A stretch of 64,000 bases of DNA. Source: Octopus vulgaris (lineage: Eukaryota). This document shows, piece by piece, positions 1 to 12,800 of the stretch (the stretch's first letter is position 1; the number at the start of each line of letters is the position of its first letter). The stretch is taken from positions 85,870,001 to 85,934,000 of the forward strand of contig OX597817.1 in the NCBI GenBank assembly GCA_951406725.2, read 5' to 3'. Position numbers and translations under genes: made by a program. The notes under the pieces are model-generated. The model was not told the origin of the DNA. It saw only the letters and a program-made list of their open reading frames with translations, and made no database searches.

Positions 1-146
1 TGGTTGGCGTTAGGAAAGGCATCCAGCTGTAGAAACTCTGCCAGATCAAGATTGAAGCCTGGTGCAGCCATCTGGTTCGCCAGCCCTCAGTCAATCATCC
101 AACCCATGCTAGCATGGAAAGTGGACATTAAACGATGATGATGATG
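1..146 (+). mobile_element. 3' end of SINE/LINE with (GAT)n tail
   Basis: ...catccaacccatgctagcatggaaagtggacattaaac(gat)n; related copies near 5200-5340(+), 45160-45320(-), 51555-51720(-), 57742-57920(-), 58045-58172(+), 59721-59880(-). Confidence 0.75.
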
Positions 147-410
147 AGAAGGTGCAAGAGGTAATTGAAGACATATTTGGTAATTTAATAAAACTCTAAC
201 CAAGCAAAAACCAAATATATTTTAATATAAATTTGTGCACATATTCTCAATAAGCTTTCTTATAAGATTATTCTATGAATCTGTCTTCAACTTAGATAAC
301 TGCTTAATGTGCAACTGGAATTGTTGACATGCCTATAAACGGTTGTACAGACATGATAGGAATGTACATAACCATTGATAGGAATGTACATAATAGTACA
401 TTGATAGTCC

Positions 411-3400
411 CATGATAGGAATGTACATAACCAGACATACAAAAAGTGAAAAGAAGTCTGTAAAACATCTTATAACAGTTTGAGCTGATGTGTCAGATAC
501 TGGATAACCAAGCAGAACTCAAGAGTATTCATCAACAATTGTTAGAAGATAAGGATGCTTTGTAGACAGAATTGGACCTTTGAAATCAATTGAAATTCGC
601 TCGAATAGCTGCATGGCCTTAATCAAGTTAACTAAGTTTGGTTTATAATATTGTGGCTTCACTTCTTGGCATATAGAACAAATTTGTCTCACATTCTCTA
701 ACGAATATGGAAGATTTCTAGTGAGGACAAAATGGTGGAGGTGTATTACACCAGCATGGCACAGTGCTGCATGTAACTCATAAAGTAAATACGAACTGAT
801 TGCTGAACAGTATACCCTAGTGATTCACTATGGTACGCTGTTCGGCAATCAGTTCGCATCTGGTGTGATATTACTGGATCCTGGGCGATAGTGAATATCA
901 GACGAGTATGGGGATAACTCAATGTGCCATCTCATAATTTTATCATTTTTAATTTTGCTCATTGCTTTATAATCATACATGAATGCAACAGAACATAGAT
1001 CAGTAATTAATGTGAAATGTCTACCAAGAAATGTTTCCAATGATGAATTAATTCGACGATTGCTTGTGATTTTCAGCAGAGGTGTGGTACTGTTCACTAC
1101 CTTGTAGCATGCAAGAATGGAATGCGACTGGTCTTCCATCTTGATTTAGTGTTGCAGATGTAACAAAATCCAAAGCATCCATCTCAATAGTAAATGGAAT
1201 GGTACTATTCGATAGTTAAAGAGACATTCGTGAGTAGTAGCATTGGTGGACATACAAAGTAGAGATCTGGTTGAATGCAGCACGTCTGGAAGAACTGTTT
1301 CCCATGAAGATACTATTTGAATAGCAGCATTAGCTAGTCCTATCTTCAATGACTCAAATGCTTTTACTTGTTGGCTGTTAAGTGGAAATTTCAATCCATT
1401 GAGAGGATATATTTTGTCAGAAAATTTGGAGATCCACTTAGCATAATAAGAAAACATTACATTTTAATGATTTCTGGTTGGTTGGTGTAGGAAGATTGAG
1501 GAGTGGAGCAAGCTTTTTTGGGTCAGGGTATTGTGTGAGATATGGTATCCAAGAAAATATAAAGTTGTCATTGAGTAAATACATTTCTCATCACTCATGG
1601 TGAGCCCCTCATTTTTTGCTGCTATTTCAAATTTTTTAAAATTCTCATCATGGTCATTTTGATCTTTTCCACATATAGTTAAATTGTCTATGAATGGAAA
1701 CATATCTCGCAGCTTGTATTTACTTACAAAGTCAGCTATTATACATTGGAAACATGCACTGCTGTTAGTTACTCCAAATGGCATCCTGGTATACTGCCAT
1801 AATTTACTTTCAGTTTCAAAGGCAGTGAATTGACGATCTTTCTCTGATAGAGGAATTCGATGGTATGCAGAATGTAAGTCTATAGTACTGTAGACATTAT
1901 ACTTGGAGATAGTGTTTACTAACTCATAAATTTTAGGAAGTGGGTAGGCATCAAGCTGTGTATATTTGTTTCTGAATGGTCTATCACCATCCTTCTTTTT
2001 GTGTTTTTCTTGAATAACTAGAACTTGTGATCTCCAAGGGGAATTACTGGGTTCAATAATGTTTGCATCTGCTCGGTAGCATATTTCCATCTTGATGAAC
2101 TGTAAATCACATTCTGAGTATTTTCAGAATTTGGCTGCAACAGGCTCACAGTCCTTCCTGAGATGTATGAATAGCTTTGGGGGAATCAGTTTTCATAGCT
2201 GTAAACATTGTGGTTTCTGCCTTCCATATTGTATGGTAATACTCTCATGTTGTTCTTAGAAGTCAGTACCCAGAATTGGATCTGTGCACAAGTTTCTGAG
2301 GATGAATGGTTTCACATTTTAGTACATCTGATTATCGAGGGTTAGTGAAACAATACAGTATCCCCCAGATTCCACAGAAAGAGATGCAGAAGCCATACCA
2401 TGATGTTCTTCAATTTAACTGTTTTGATGTTGAGTATGTTCACTAGCTTCTCACTGATGAAATTCTTGTCAGTTCTCCTATCAATTAATGCTTCAGCTTT
2501 GTAAGTATTGTTCAGTATAACCATGGTGGTTACACGGAATGGTGAACCTGCTGATGCTGAAACTGTAGATCATATTTATCGTGTTTATGTATCACAGTTG
2601 CTGCATTGTTCCTACAAAGTTTTTCAAAATGTCCTATTTTTTTTGCATTTGTAGTAGACTGCTTCTTGCGCAGGACGATTTCACAGGTTTCTGAAATAGC
2701 CACAAAGCCAACATTGAGAGGGTTTTCCTTTTTGGATCACAGCAGAGTGTTCTTCCAGCTTTGGAGAATCAATTGGCTTGGCTACAATGGGTGCTGCTGG
2801 ACTGAAGTTGGTAAACTCAAAGTTTGAAAAGACACTAGAACACTGCTGTGTCACATCTAGCAAACATGCTTGATCATAAACTGTACTGAGGTCAACAATT
2901 TTGTTTTCTAATAGTTTTTGTCTTATCTGATTTGAAATGCATCCATTTACAAATGCATCTCGAATCATTTCAGACTGGTACTGCTCAGCACTCACTGCAA
3001 CAAAGGCACAGTCTTTTGCTAGTGTTTTGAGGTAAGAACTGGTCTAGAACTACTCCATTGCACCTCTTGTATGAGTGGTTTCAAAAGTCCTCATTCAGAA
3101 CCAGTTTCATGGTAGTGATTCAAACACCCTTTCAGTTTCTTCTTGTGGCCAAAAGATGGTATGCCATTATGATGTTCATTGGCTTAATATACACACACTC
3201 TTTAGTGTATTTACAGCTTGTTCATAGCTCTTAACTTCACTGATGAATTCACATAGTTAATCAAAAGATTGAGTTTATCGATAATACTACATTCCTGCCC
3301 TGGCAGTGAGTCTACAAAGTTGGTAAAATTTCTAAACCAATGATTAAAAGTCTTGTTAGCATTTTTGGAGTTTGAGTCGGCATTCAATCCATTTGGTTTT

Positions 3401-3440
3401 GAGTATCTTTCCATATCTGGTATCCTTCCCACTTCATACT
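411..3440 (-). mobile_element. Degenerate Ty3/gypsy LTR retrotransposon internal region (gag-PR-RT-RNaseH-IN), no LTRs seen
   Basis: Gag with CxxC knuckle remnants (2620-2995); protease ALID (2342-2524); RT with YPLP, IDLHSAYHRI, RMPFG, FIDNL (1464-2090); RNase H HFTLITD..YRPG (849-1200); integrase HAALCH..CSIC, IDFKGP, TIVDEYS (415-785); many frameshifts and stops. Confidence 0.92.
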
Positions 3441-3717
3441 TGTCTTTTCATTAATTTCATTCTCTGTAGATTATTCAAGTACTTCAAGATTTGGAAATTA
3501 GCTTCTCTGATTGTTATGAATGACCAGTAATTCCTGGCTCAAAGAAACTAATTTCCAATCATAGTCCAAAACAGTAGAGTGTCATTTAGTGCTATCCACA
3601 ATATTCTCGATTAAATATATGTTATTCAAAATGGCCACTCTCTCTCTCCCTGATCATCAAATGCGCATGCCCTTTATGTCAAAGGAAATCACTGAAATCA
3701 GAGCACAATTTGCATAA

Positions 3718-4003
3718 CATATGGTTCTTCTCCTGTGTGAATAAATTGATGAGTCATTAATTTACCTTTTCAAAGTAATATTTTATCATAGATATCACAC
3801 AATGATTTTTCTCCTAATGAACACATTTGTGAGCAGTTAAGTTAGTGATACGGTAGTTTCTCTCCTATATGAATACATTTATGTTTAGTTAAGCTAAAAT
3901 TATCACAATGGTCTGTATTTTTTTTTATCTTTCTCATACTTTATATCATCAGGAAAATCAATAGTCTGTGTTTTACAATTAACCTTCTCAACTCATTTTC
4001 CAT
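3718..4003 (-). pseudogene. Decayed C2H2 (Kruppel-type) zinc-finger gene relic
   Basis: Broken frames read MENEL..KTQTIDFPDD..., SLTKHKCIHIGEKLPYH, LTAHKCVH*EKKSLCDIYDK, LMTHQFIHTGEEPY: repeated HxxxH-TGEKPY-like linkers. Confidence 0.7.
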
Positions 4004-4511
4004 AATTTTTTCTTTTCATACCAGAACCTACACATGTCTTTTCGTTTTTATATTCCTAAATATGGCCACTGCTATATTTCTATCAAACGTGGTCTTTCTC
4101 AATACCATGGGACATCACATATAGATTGTAGGCAATCCACCTGTTGTTCTGGGTGTTGTGCAACTGATATTGGCAAAAGTTCTTTTCATCTAAGAACCAG
4201 ATCAACAGGATGCCTCAGGTTGTTCAGGAACAGTCCTCCTTAGCTATCAGAATTTGTCCATTGCACCTCTTGTATGAGTGGTGGAAAAAGTCCTCATTTA
4301 GAACCAGTTTCATGGTAGTGATTCAAACGCCCATGTGCTGATCTTCCATCACCTTATTCAGTTGGATGAATTCTGGTGTGCTGATGTAGTCAGAATACTT
4401 GCAGCTGTCCATGTCTCATCTTACAGTGTCTGCTGTGCATTGTGTCATGAGGTCAGCATTTTGATACCTGATGCAAATCATCATAATACAGGTAACTCTT
4501 TTCCAATATTC

Positions 4512-4705
4512 AGATGGCAAGCAAGCAGAATAGTTATCACACTAGGCAAAATATTTAGCAGTATTTCATCCATCTTTACATTCTGAGTTCAAATTCCACC
4601 AAAATCAACTTTGCCTTTCATTATTTTGGAGTTGATAAAATAAGTACCAGCTGAGCACTGGGGTTGATGTAATTGACTTACCCCCTCCCCCAAAATTTGA
4701 AACCA
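4512..4705 (+). mobile_element. tRNA-derived SINE (family with gcctttcat..gataaaataagtacc central domain)
   Basis: Head ggcaagc..gcagaa..ttagcac, B-box-like gagttcaaattcc; sister copies near 15493-15700, 17784-17992, 28750-28920, 59560-59715. Confidence 0.7.
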
Positions 4706-5377
4706 ATAGTCAGATGGTTTCCAGTCCTCCATGTCAGTTAACTTTTTCTAAACCACACCATTGATTGTTCACCAGTACATCAAACTATCCCCTGCTTTCA
4801 ATATGATGGGCAACAAGCCTTCTCCAGATATCCCAGTTGTTCCCTTCCTTCTTGATTCCATGCCATTCCAGAATGTACTGCACCACATCTTCCTTGTAAA
4901 CATATACAATATATATACACAAATGTATACAAAGGCATGGTTATGTTTTAAAAAATTTGCCTCCCAACCACATGGTCTGGTTTCAGTCCCATTTGGGCAA
5001 GTGTCTTCTCCTGTAGCTTTGGGCTGACTAAAGACTTGTAAGTGGATTTGGTAGAGGGAAACAAAAGAGCCCATAGTGTGCGTACACACACATAGACTTC
5101 TTTCAATTTCTCTACCAAATCCATGTGTCTGTTCCCCACCACCACTTAACCAGTATTGGTTTGTTTACATTCCCATAATTTGGTTCAGCCAGATATAAAG
5201 AAGTGGTTATCAGAAAGGGCAATCAGCGGTAAAAAGCATGCAAAAGCAGACACTGGAGTTTTGCACAGGCCTCTGGCTTGTCAGTTCATATTAAATCATC
5301 CAACACATACCAGCAAGGAAGAATGAATGCTAAATGATGTATATATACATATGTATGTAAATATATGTACATATCTG

Positions 5378-5379
5378 TA

Positions 5380-5431
<52 letters not shown>

Positions 5432-5436
5432 TATAC
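5378..5436. repeat. (TG)n(TA)n(CA)n compound microsatellite
   Basis: Directly visible; similar arrays at 5800-5891, 21776-21807, 22325-22363, 50365-50388, 59086-59122. Confidence 0.95.
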
Positions 5437-5799
5437 AACAATCTGTATTTCATACTTAAGTGGATACATTGTTGAAAGCCTGATAAACTGTGGCATTTAT
5501 CTTGAGATAGTATCTCTTATAGACTTAGTATTAAAAGAAATGAAACATCTTTTGTAGACAAAATTGTCCATCAACAGCTGATTTTGTCTTAGCCTGTTGG
5601 TGCCAGTAGATACTCATGAAGCCCAACTTATCAGAAATTAACAATTTGTTTCTACTTGTGATATATGTCTGTGTTTAACACAATAGTTCCATGAGAGATG
5701 GTGGATCTTAAGATGAATACCACAGTTTATCAGGCTTTCAAAGATGGGATTCATAGGCTGCTATTTTGAACTCATACAGTTTCTGTCACTAATGAGTAA

Positions 5800-5833
<34 letters not shown>

Positions 5834-5849
5834 CATATATATATTTATA

Positions 5850-5892
<43 letters not shown>

Positions 5893-6289
5893 TCCATCTC
5901 CATAAAACTTTCTACAGTGAGCACCCTCCATCATATTTAGCAAATGAAAATAACACATATGTTGTTCATTTGCATCCTTTCCAAGCTGATTAAAAATCAA
6001 CCTTCTGAAACAGAATGTCTTGCAATGCTCCATATATAAACTAAGATTATTTGATGTGAATAGTACAGAAACTTTGGTCCATTCCTTATAAATTTTGTTG
6101 AAGGAATGTTCTTGCCCTTGATATTACAGGCTGCTTTGTTAAACATGATAACTCCAGCTATCTTGAGCTTGTTCATGTATTGAAGAGAATATGCACTAAA
6201 AATATTTTATACACTCCACATATTAAATGCAGTTGTAATTTCTATATTTTTCAATAAAGTTCAATTTTGTTAGTTTTTTTTTTTTTTTA

Positions 6290-9200
6290 ACATATAAACA
6301 TTTTGTTGATTTTATTTATTTCACATTTGCTTGGAATACAGAATCCAATGAAAAAGAAAAGCAATAAACTGGTAGATTCCCTGTTGCAAAACAAGTGAGC
6401 AAATTAGGGATTCAACATGAATAAAAAAAAAACAATAAGTGATCAAGACTAACAAGAAAATCAAATTATTAAACAAAATTTTAAATTTTTAACCCCAAAA
6501 AATTAAAACATTGACAACTATTTTTGTGGGTTTTTTTTTTGAAAACTTGATATAAATAGCACATTTAACTTTTTACAACACACCTGACCCGCAGGATAAA
6601 TGTTTAGTTTCTTTTTGTTTAAGGATTAAAGGCAAATATTTTTCACATTTAAAAAAAATTATATTATTCATATGAATAATATAGTTGTTCAAATTTTAGA
6701 AATGTTTTGTAAAATATATATATGTATAAAAAAAAATTTTAAAAACAAAGAGATGAAAATGTTATTACATTGATATTTAAAATCAGGTTGACAACAATTA
6801 CAGCAAAAGGATACATCAAATTTCTAGTGACATTTCAGTTTTAAAAAAGTATCATTTCTAAAAATAACTTGGTATTTGGAAAGAAGAAACCAACTGCTTT
6901 TATAGCTGGAATGATAGTGAAGTGGACATAGAATGATGATTGCTCTTAACAAGAAGTAGTCTTGAAGCACTTTAAACAACCATTTTCATATACTGAAAGA
7001 TAAGTTTCAGTAATCTTTTCAAAAAGTCAATAAGGAAAATTACTGACTCTAAAAAGATATCTTCTTAAGAGTAAATAAAATGATTTACAAAATTTCAAAC
7101 TGCTAAAAATATTTTAATCTGCAAAAAAAAAAAAAAAAAAAGTAAACTATAATTGTTCCTATTTTAATTGTTTACTCCAAGTATTGTATTTCTTCTTTGT
7201 TTTCTAGTGATTTATCAACTGAAATAATTTTTAAAATATGGTTAAAAGTACTTACACTGTAATGAAATATGAAAATGGTTTCAAATATTCCTTAATATTC
7301 AATAGTCTTGAAATAGCAGTCAAATTTCCCTCAATTCACACCCTACTCTCATGGTAAAAAATATTCTAAGTTATCTCTCTGTACTCTTATAATTTTTTTT
7401 ACTATTCTACTATACTTTGTCACTACAACACAGTGAGGCACCAAAAATTATTCCATGGCAACAAATTCTCTCTCTCAAATTCTTTACAGCAATTCAGCTA
7501 ACCATAATAACTCAAGTCTATACATCATTGCAACTAACATTTTGCAGAAGTTTTTGACTGAATTCAACATTATTTCTTCTTATCTCTAAGTTTAAATGAT
7601 AAATTTCATTTTTCACTTGAAATTGATTTTAGATTTTGCAATTCTTACTTGGCAGATTGTCTTTTAAGTCTTCAGTTGTATTAGGAATAGACAGACAACA
7701 AAGAAAATAAAATAATCAAGGTCTCAATTTAGAGTTCACACTGTCTTATCCACTTAGCTATCTATCTATAAATTGATAGATGATATATATCCTTCAGAAC
7801 TTTCTCCTAATAGTCAATAATCCTTGTTGTGCCTCTTCTTTCATTTTCATATCAATTAAACTCCTGTTTTATAGACTTTTCACTTGGTCTATCAGCCCTA
7901 TCTATACTTCAGTCGCCATCCCCTTATATCTATTTTCACCATATTCACCAATCTTTTCTACCATTCCATTAATGTATTCACTGAGCCACATTACAAATCC
8001 AGTAATTCATATTCAGCAGAACTATGATAGAATAATAATAATAATAAAAAACTGCCAAGACAACTAAATTAAGATCACTCGAAGCATTTTGCAATTAAAA
8101 TATCAAAACATCGAGCATCTGAAGTAAGATCATCAGACCAGACAAGAGTATTTTATCATCTTAAATTTAAATTTTCCTCCAAAAGTAACAGACTGTCCTT
8201 AAAATCACAGCAAATTTTTAACCAAGAAGTCTTGAAGCAATTATCAAAATCTTTGCTGTCATAGGAAAATATTCTCATTGAATGAGAAATAACATGGAAT
8301 ATAAAAGGCATTAGAATAAAATATAAAAATTAAAAAGTTTACATAGCTCACATGATAGATATTAAAATGAGAATAATTTTATATATATATATATCAGCTG
8401 TGGAATAAATAAAAAATATACTGTACTCTCATATTTTATTTTTCAAATTTGGATTCATATTTTTTGTTCCCTCTTCCCCCATCCCACAAAAAAATTATTT
8501 ATAAAATTATATTTTTAGTAATATTGCTTCATATTTCATAAATTCAAAATGATTATGTCTGACACAAAACATTTCATTGCTAACTTCTAACACAGATAAA
8601 AAGCAACTTGAAGTGGTCATAATAACTCTGCTGTCAAACTGGCCATCTTTATATTAAATTTAAACTAATTTCCCCAAAGAAAGTTTTTGTGCAAGGAAAT
8701 TTAAGTCAAATAATATTAAGGACTTTTTTTTATTACATCAGCTCACAAGTATATCAGAGTAAATCAATCACATAACAAGGAAACAGTGAGAGCCAGCTCA
8801 CACATTTTAAACCAAAGCAAAGGCATATTGTTTATAGTTATTATTACTCAATGAGGGTCCTCATTGCATTGAACATATTTAATAAATGTTTAGACCAAGT
8901 TTAATAAATACAACAATCTACAGCTAGCTACTGTCACACTTTGGTTGAAGCATTAACAATAGCTAGAGATACAACACAAGGATTTTTTTTTTATCAAGAT
9001 AGATATTTTCTCTTCCATGACCAAGAAAAACAAAACATAGTTTTACAATTTAACTTAGGATTCATTTTGCATACTTATACAACTGATACAGCTGGTTGTG
9101 TACCATTTTAATAAGACCCATCTGTACCAACAACAATTGTAGAACATGAAAAAATTATGTATTTTTACTCAAATTTAAATGAAAATACCAGTTAAAATTT

Positions 9201-9413
9201 TTAATGCTGCTTAAATGATTTTAAGATCAAAACTCTAACAAATACCTTCATTTTGAAAACATTAAAAAGTTGCTGAATCTTTTTTCAAAAAAAAAAAAAA
9301 GAACAATAGAGGAACTGATACTTTAGAAATGATGAAGCCATCTGTTCAAGTTTATAAGAAACCATCATGAAAAGTAATAAAACAAAATTGGTGAAGAAAA
9401 CAAAAAAAACTTT
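6290..9413 (-). other. Putative long 3' UTR of TBC1D5
   Basis: About 3.1 kb of AT-rich sequence with no recognisable transposon after the stop; overlapping AATAAA signals (minus strand) at 6311-6320. The end position is inferred. Confidence 0.4.
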
Positions 9414-9839
9414 TCATGAAGTTCTGGTGTTTGTATCATATTGATGTGAATGACAGCCATATTCTGAATGTCTAGTCCTCTGATAGGCTCCTGTGTCAGC
9501 ATCAACACAATTCACAGGATCGGCAGCGCCATTTTGATCTTGAGGAACATAAGAAACAAGTTCAACTTCACGGCTAGTTATTTCATTCATGTGAGATGGT
9601 GAGTTGTCATTACTGTAAACCCCTTTCAAACGAGACATTCTTTTATAGTCATAGAGAGATGCTCGACCAAACAGTTCATTCTCTCGATGTGTAGCAGCAG
9701 CAGCAGCGGAATCAACAACATCGGAATCTGGTGTCAATATACAAGGTTCCTCCCTGTAGTGATTATCTGTAATCTCAATTTTATCTTCATCCAACAAATT
9801 ACGTGAAAACTTCAAGGTTCCTTTCAAAATATCTCGTAC
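9414..9839 (-). CDS. TBC1D5: TBC1D5 last coding exon: VRDILKGTLKFSRNLLDEDKIEITDNHY...DTNTRTS-stop
   Basis: TAG acceptor at 9840-9842, TGA stop at 9414-9416; resembles IKDILKGSLRF..ITIADNHY. Confidence 0.92.
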   Translation of the reverse strand, partial: VRDILKGTLKFSRNLLDEDKIEITDNHYREEPCILTPDSDVVDSAAAAATHRENELFGRASLYDYKRMSRLKGVYSNDNSPSHMNEITSREVELVSYVPQDQNGAADPVNCVDADTGAYQRTRHSEYGCHSHQYDTNTRTS

Positions 9840-12800
9840 CTAGAAACAAATATTTTTATCTATGACACAAAAGGAAGACATTGTATGTAAATAAAAGCAA
9901 AGTATACACAACATTTAATGTTAAAGAAAATATAGTGGTGGTATTTTCTTTCAGACATTGGTGAAGTTATTTGGAATTGCACAATTAAAGCAAGCAATCG
10001 TGAGTCATTTCTTTGGTAGAACTAAGTTAGGGATCCTGTAAGCATTGTGAGTTACATACAAGTTATTCACACACATAAGTATGGCTATGCGTTGACAAGT
10101 TCACTTCTCAACTACATGTTTTTTGGTTCAGCCTTACTGCATAGCACCTTGGGCAAGTGATTACTACAGCTGCAAACCAATGAAAGCCTCTCCAATGGAT
10201 TTGGTAGAAGAAAACTGAAAAGGAAGCCTGTTATATGGGTGTATGCACAGGCACATGTGTTTGTCCATTTGTTTACATATGCATCTGTTTATTCAAAGGT
10301 CACACTGTCCAAGAGGTGGTGTTGTTGTTGTTGGCACTTGTCAATAAATCATCTGTTCACTTCATGCTTTTGAGGCTGGATGAAATTAAGAGATCTCTTA
10401 CTTGAAAAACAGGTAAAAGTTAAAATCAAGGAGGTTGCTGTAAAACAATGCCTCAAATTCATACCAGCATAAGAGAACAAACAAAACAATGGACACACCA
10501 CAACACAGAAGTGTGAAGTTTTTGATGGATGTTCACTTATCCATAGATTTCCCCACACAGGAAATTGACAATCCAAAGTCATTATTTTACAAAAGACTCA
10601 CTGATAATTATTACACATGTAATAGATATTAATGTGAAAGGGTATTACCTGTTTTACTCCAGCAATTGATAACAATACTTCATCTTCTCCTACAGAAAGT
10701 GTTTGTGCATGTAATATGTCTTGTAAATTTTCTGAAAAATGAATAACAAAAAATAAATAAATCATCTAAAAATATTACTTTTACTAATTTAATGTTTTGT
10801 TGTTAATTTTTAAGTAAAACATAAGACATAAATATAGTTAAACTGTTCTTGTTTATCATATATTAATGTCAAATTGTACCACAAAATTATATTTTTTGTT
10901 CAGCAAAAAGCAATGTTGAATTCTATTTATGACAAACTTTATTAAATTACTGCATAAGTCATTATTCATTCTGATAACAATCAAATGTAAATTTTAAAAT
11001 TAACTATATAAAGATTATAAAAGTATTTTCTATAAGCTACTTACCAATGTGAATATCTAGTTTACTAGCACAATATTTGCACATTGCTTCAAACTCATTC
11101 AGTTTACCTTGAACATAAGCCATCTTGGTATTGATATCTTGCTCCTGAATAAATAGATAAGATATTTTGTTAATAATATCAGAATGATTAAGAGTTTGTC
11201 TCATTTTAAATTCTGCAGCAATTTAAAAAGGAAAGAAAAAAAAAAACAATATTTTAAAATTAAAATTAATCATTTTCTCTGGTACAGTATCAAAAGAAAA
11301 TGAAAGATAATGACATAATAGCAAATTATTGTAACAATGAGGGATATTTTAATAACAGTAACAAATTAGATTGTGAAAATATTAAATCATCCCATAATGT
11401 GTATTTTTTTTCAATTGCATGAACTAAAAGTTGGAGAAGGACAGGATAAACTACCTGCATCAACTTGCAATAAAAGCAGAGAGTAATTTTACCTAGTACT
11501 TATTCTTGGTGCAAGTTTTGAAGAGTGCAGTTTGATTTTAACAGTTATTTTTTCAAAGCTGTAATGGAAGTGACAAAGGAGCATATTTGGTGTATTTTGC
11601 TTTATGAGGCCAATAATGCAATGGAAAGTGCAAGGAATATTAATACAATATATGGGATTGGACAATAAACGAAAGCCAGTGTTAACAATGGTTCCTGAAA
11701 TTCTGAGCCAGAAACTATAGCCTAGAAGACAAGCTTCATCCTGGAAGATCTGTAGAGCTTGACAAGAACATCCTGCAAACCCTAGTGGAACAAAATCCCA
11801 TTGTAACTGTTGAGGAACTAGCAGAGAAGCTTGGATTTGATCATTCAACCATTCATCGATACCTGCATGCCATCAGAAAAGTCAGCAAATTGGGACAATG
11901 GGGTCCTCACAAACTATCTCGAGTCTAATCGCATACAGAGAGTGAATGGGTTCCTCACAAACTATCTCGAGTCTAATCACATACAGAGAGTGAATGTATA
12001 CTCCTCTTTGCTGTAACATCTCAGGAATGAACCTTTTTTGGATCAAATAGTGACTAGTAATGAGAAATGGTTTCTCTATAAAAATGTCAAGTGCCAAATA
12101 CAGTGGGCAGGAAAAGGAGAAACACCAATACCTCAGGCTAAAGGAGGTCTTCATCCATGTAAGGTGTTATCTGTTTGGTGGGATAGGAAAGGTTTAGTCC
12201 ACTTTGAACTTTTAAACCCAAACCAAACAATAACAAAGGAGATCTACTGCCAATGGTTTAAGTCAGCATTAGAAGAAAAACGACCATCTTTGATTTCAAG
12301 ATGAAAGCTGTTCTTCCATCAGGATAATGCTAGGCCCCATCTGATTATCATTTATTCCGCAATCTTCAAAATCATTTGGACACAAAAAAAATGAATTCTG
12401 TAATGAGGTCAGGAAAGTACTGGAAGAGTATTTTTTGTCAAGAAGTGAATTTTGGAAGAGGGGCTTTGCAAGTCTACCAGATAGATGGAAGAGCATTGTA
12501 GAAAATGAAGGAGGGTATATTTTAGATTAGATTAAAAAAGAACTTTATCTTAATTTTGAAAAATAAAAGTATGATATTACTACAATATTAATAACTTCTA
12601 AATCCCCAACATCTTCTATACTTCATGCAATATTACTCCTTGGTGAACAATGTAAAATTTTATTCAGGTACTGGGAATAAAGTGGGGTAATATGAGATGC
12701 TAAATACATCTCTACAGTTTTCAAGTCCGTCTTGTGTTCAAATATTAACTTAAAAAAAAGTTTTTACTGAAATATTAAGATAGGCTGCTTGTTGGCCACA

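Noticed and set aside
5296-6033. Short ORFs with CVCV/YIYI/THTH runs (also at 20.5-22.5 kb)
   Set aside because: These are translations of microsatellites.
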